Of a stretch of DNA of 64,000 nt, positions 63,856 to 64,000 are shown piece by piece. This stretch comes from an uncultured Gammaproteobacteria bacterium (GTDB taxonomy: Bacteria > Patescibacteriota > Patescibacteriia > Patescibacteriales > UBA12075): positions 4,569 to 68,568 of the forward strand of contig CAYWNT010000006.1 of the NCBI GenBank assembly GCA_964459725.1. The letters run 5' to 3'. Within the stretch, counting starts at the first letter, position 1. Each line of letters begins with the position of its first letter. The notes under the pieces were generated by a model. That model was not told the DNA's origin and did no database searches. It saw only the letters and a list, made by a program, of their open reading frames with translations. A program made the translations under genes and the position numbers.

Positions 63856-64000
63856 ATGTTCAAAATTAACAGAAAATCAAAAATAAGCAAAGCTAGAGCC
63901 GGAACTATAAAAACACCTCATGGAGATGTGTCTACGCCTCTTTTTATGCCTGATGCTACCAGAGGGTATATAAAACTCACAGACAATGAAGAGCTGAAGG
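63856..64000 (+). CDS. tgt: tRNA-guanine transglycosylase (queuine tRNA-ribosyltransferase), 5' fragment running off the window
   Basis: MFKINRKSKISKARAGTIKTPHGDVSTPLFMPDATRGYIK matches the conserved Tgt N-terminus (ARxGxxxTxHGxxxTPxFMP). Confidence 0.8.
   Translation, partial: MFKINRKSKISKARAGTIKTPHGDVSTPLFMPDATRGYIKLTDNEELK

Noticed and set aside
1579-63890. The many 60-150-aa antisense or off-frame ORFs in the track (e.g. 1579..1800, 8889..9146, 14696..14929, 17549..17758, 23913..24152, 31337..31696, 33547..33795, 36436..37015, 37429..37794, 53407..53775, 61120..61578, 63549..63890)
   Set aside because: Each is fully embedded in a longer ORF that has clear family motifs. Their sequences are low-complexity Ser/Leu/Phe/Ile-rich shadows typical of the complement of AT-rich coding DNA.
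1-64000. Alternative genetic code (UGA=Gly code 25, as in Gracilibacteria/Absconditabacteria, or other stop reassignment)
   Set aside because: Conserved proteins are full length under code 11. TGA (e.g. 1295-1297, 30468-30470), TAG (e.g. 50914-50916, 51954-51956) and TAA all sit at sensible gene ends.

Overview
AT-rich, densely coded bacterial window. Its gene content looks like a Candidate Phyla Radiation/Patescibacteria-type genome (inference): small single-domain genes, two DUF4012 proteins, PEGA and DUF11-like surface proteins, a type IV pilus cluster, scattered peptidoglycan genes and many glycosyltransferases. The genetic code looks standard, since TAA, TAG and TGA all terminate convincing genes. 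Left to right: O-antigen-ligase-like protein, greA, lysS, serS, aminotransferase, truncated MurF-like and FtsQ-like genes, ABC-F ATPase, two GT2, and a PEGA protein. Next comes an operon of receiver, HlyD-like adaptor, ABC ATPase (carrying one in-frame TAA) and two MacB/FtsX permeases. Then DUF4012, mreB and a surface-glycan cluster (GT4, S8 protease with FG-GAP repeats, UXS-like epimerase, GT2, DUF2304, two GT4). A minus-strand type IV pilus cluster follows: pilB, pilC, a 753-aa pilin-propeller fusion, a minor pilin, a PilX-like protein and pilM/N/O-like genes. After mraY-ftsW lies a ~9 kb accessory island (about 43.8-52.9 kb) that separates mraY-ftsW from murG-murC. The window ends with an MsbA-like ABC exporter, GT4, a second DUF4012, a DUF11-like large surface protein and the 5' end of tgt. 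I recognised no rRNA, tRNA, CRISPR array, transposase, integrase or reverse transcriptase. The island is the most interesting part, for four reasons. (1) About 13 ORFs under 100 aa have strong AGGAGG-type Shine-Dalgarno sites and visibly higher GC, whereas essentially every core gene in the window has none. (2) Four of these ORFs form a cassette bracketed by a perfect 24-bp inverted repeat. (3) An OmpR/histidine-kinase pair has an extracytoplasmic sensor domain paralogous to two adjacent membrane-anchored small proteins that share a duplicated ~70-bp upstream element. (4) That two-component module is bracketed by ~70-80-bp GC-rich direct repeats, which belong to a small intergenic repeat family also found next to lysS. 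Other oddities are CATAACN-type heptamer arrays in three short intergenic spacers and the nonsense codon in an otherwise intact transporter ATPase. All calls come from reading the sequence and ORF track by eye. Family names are motif-level recognitions, not database hits.
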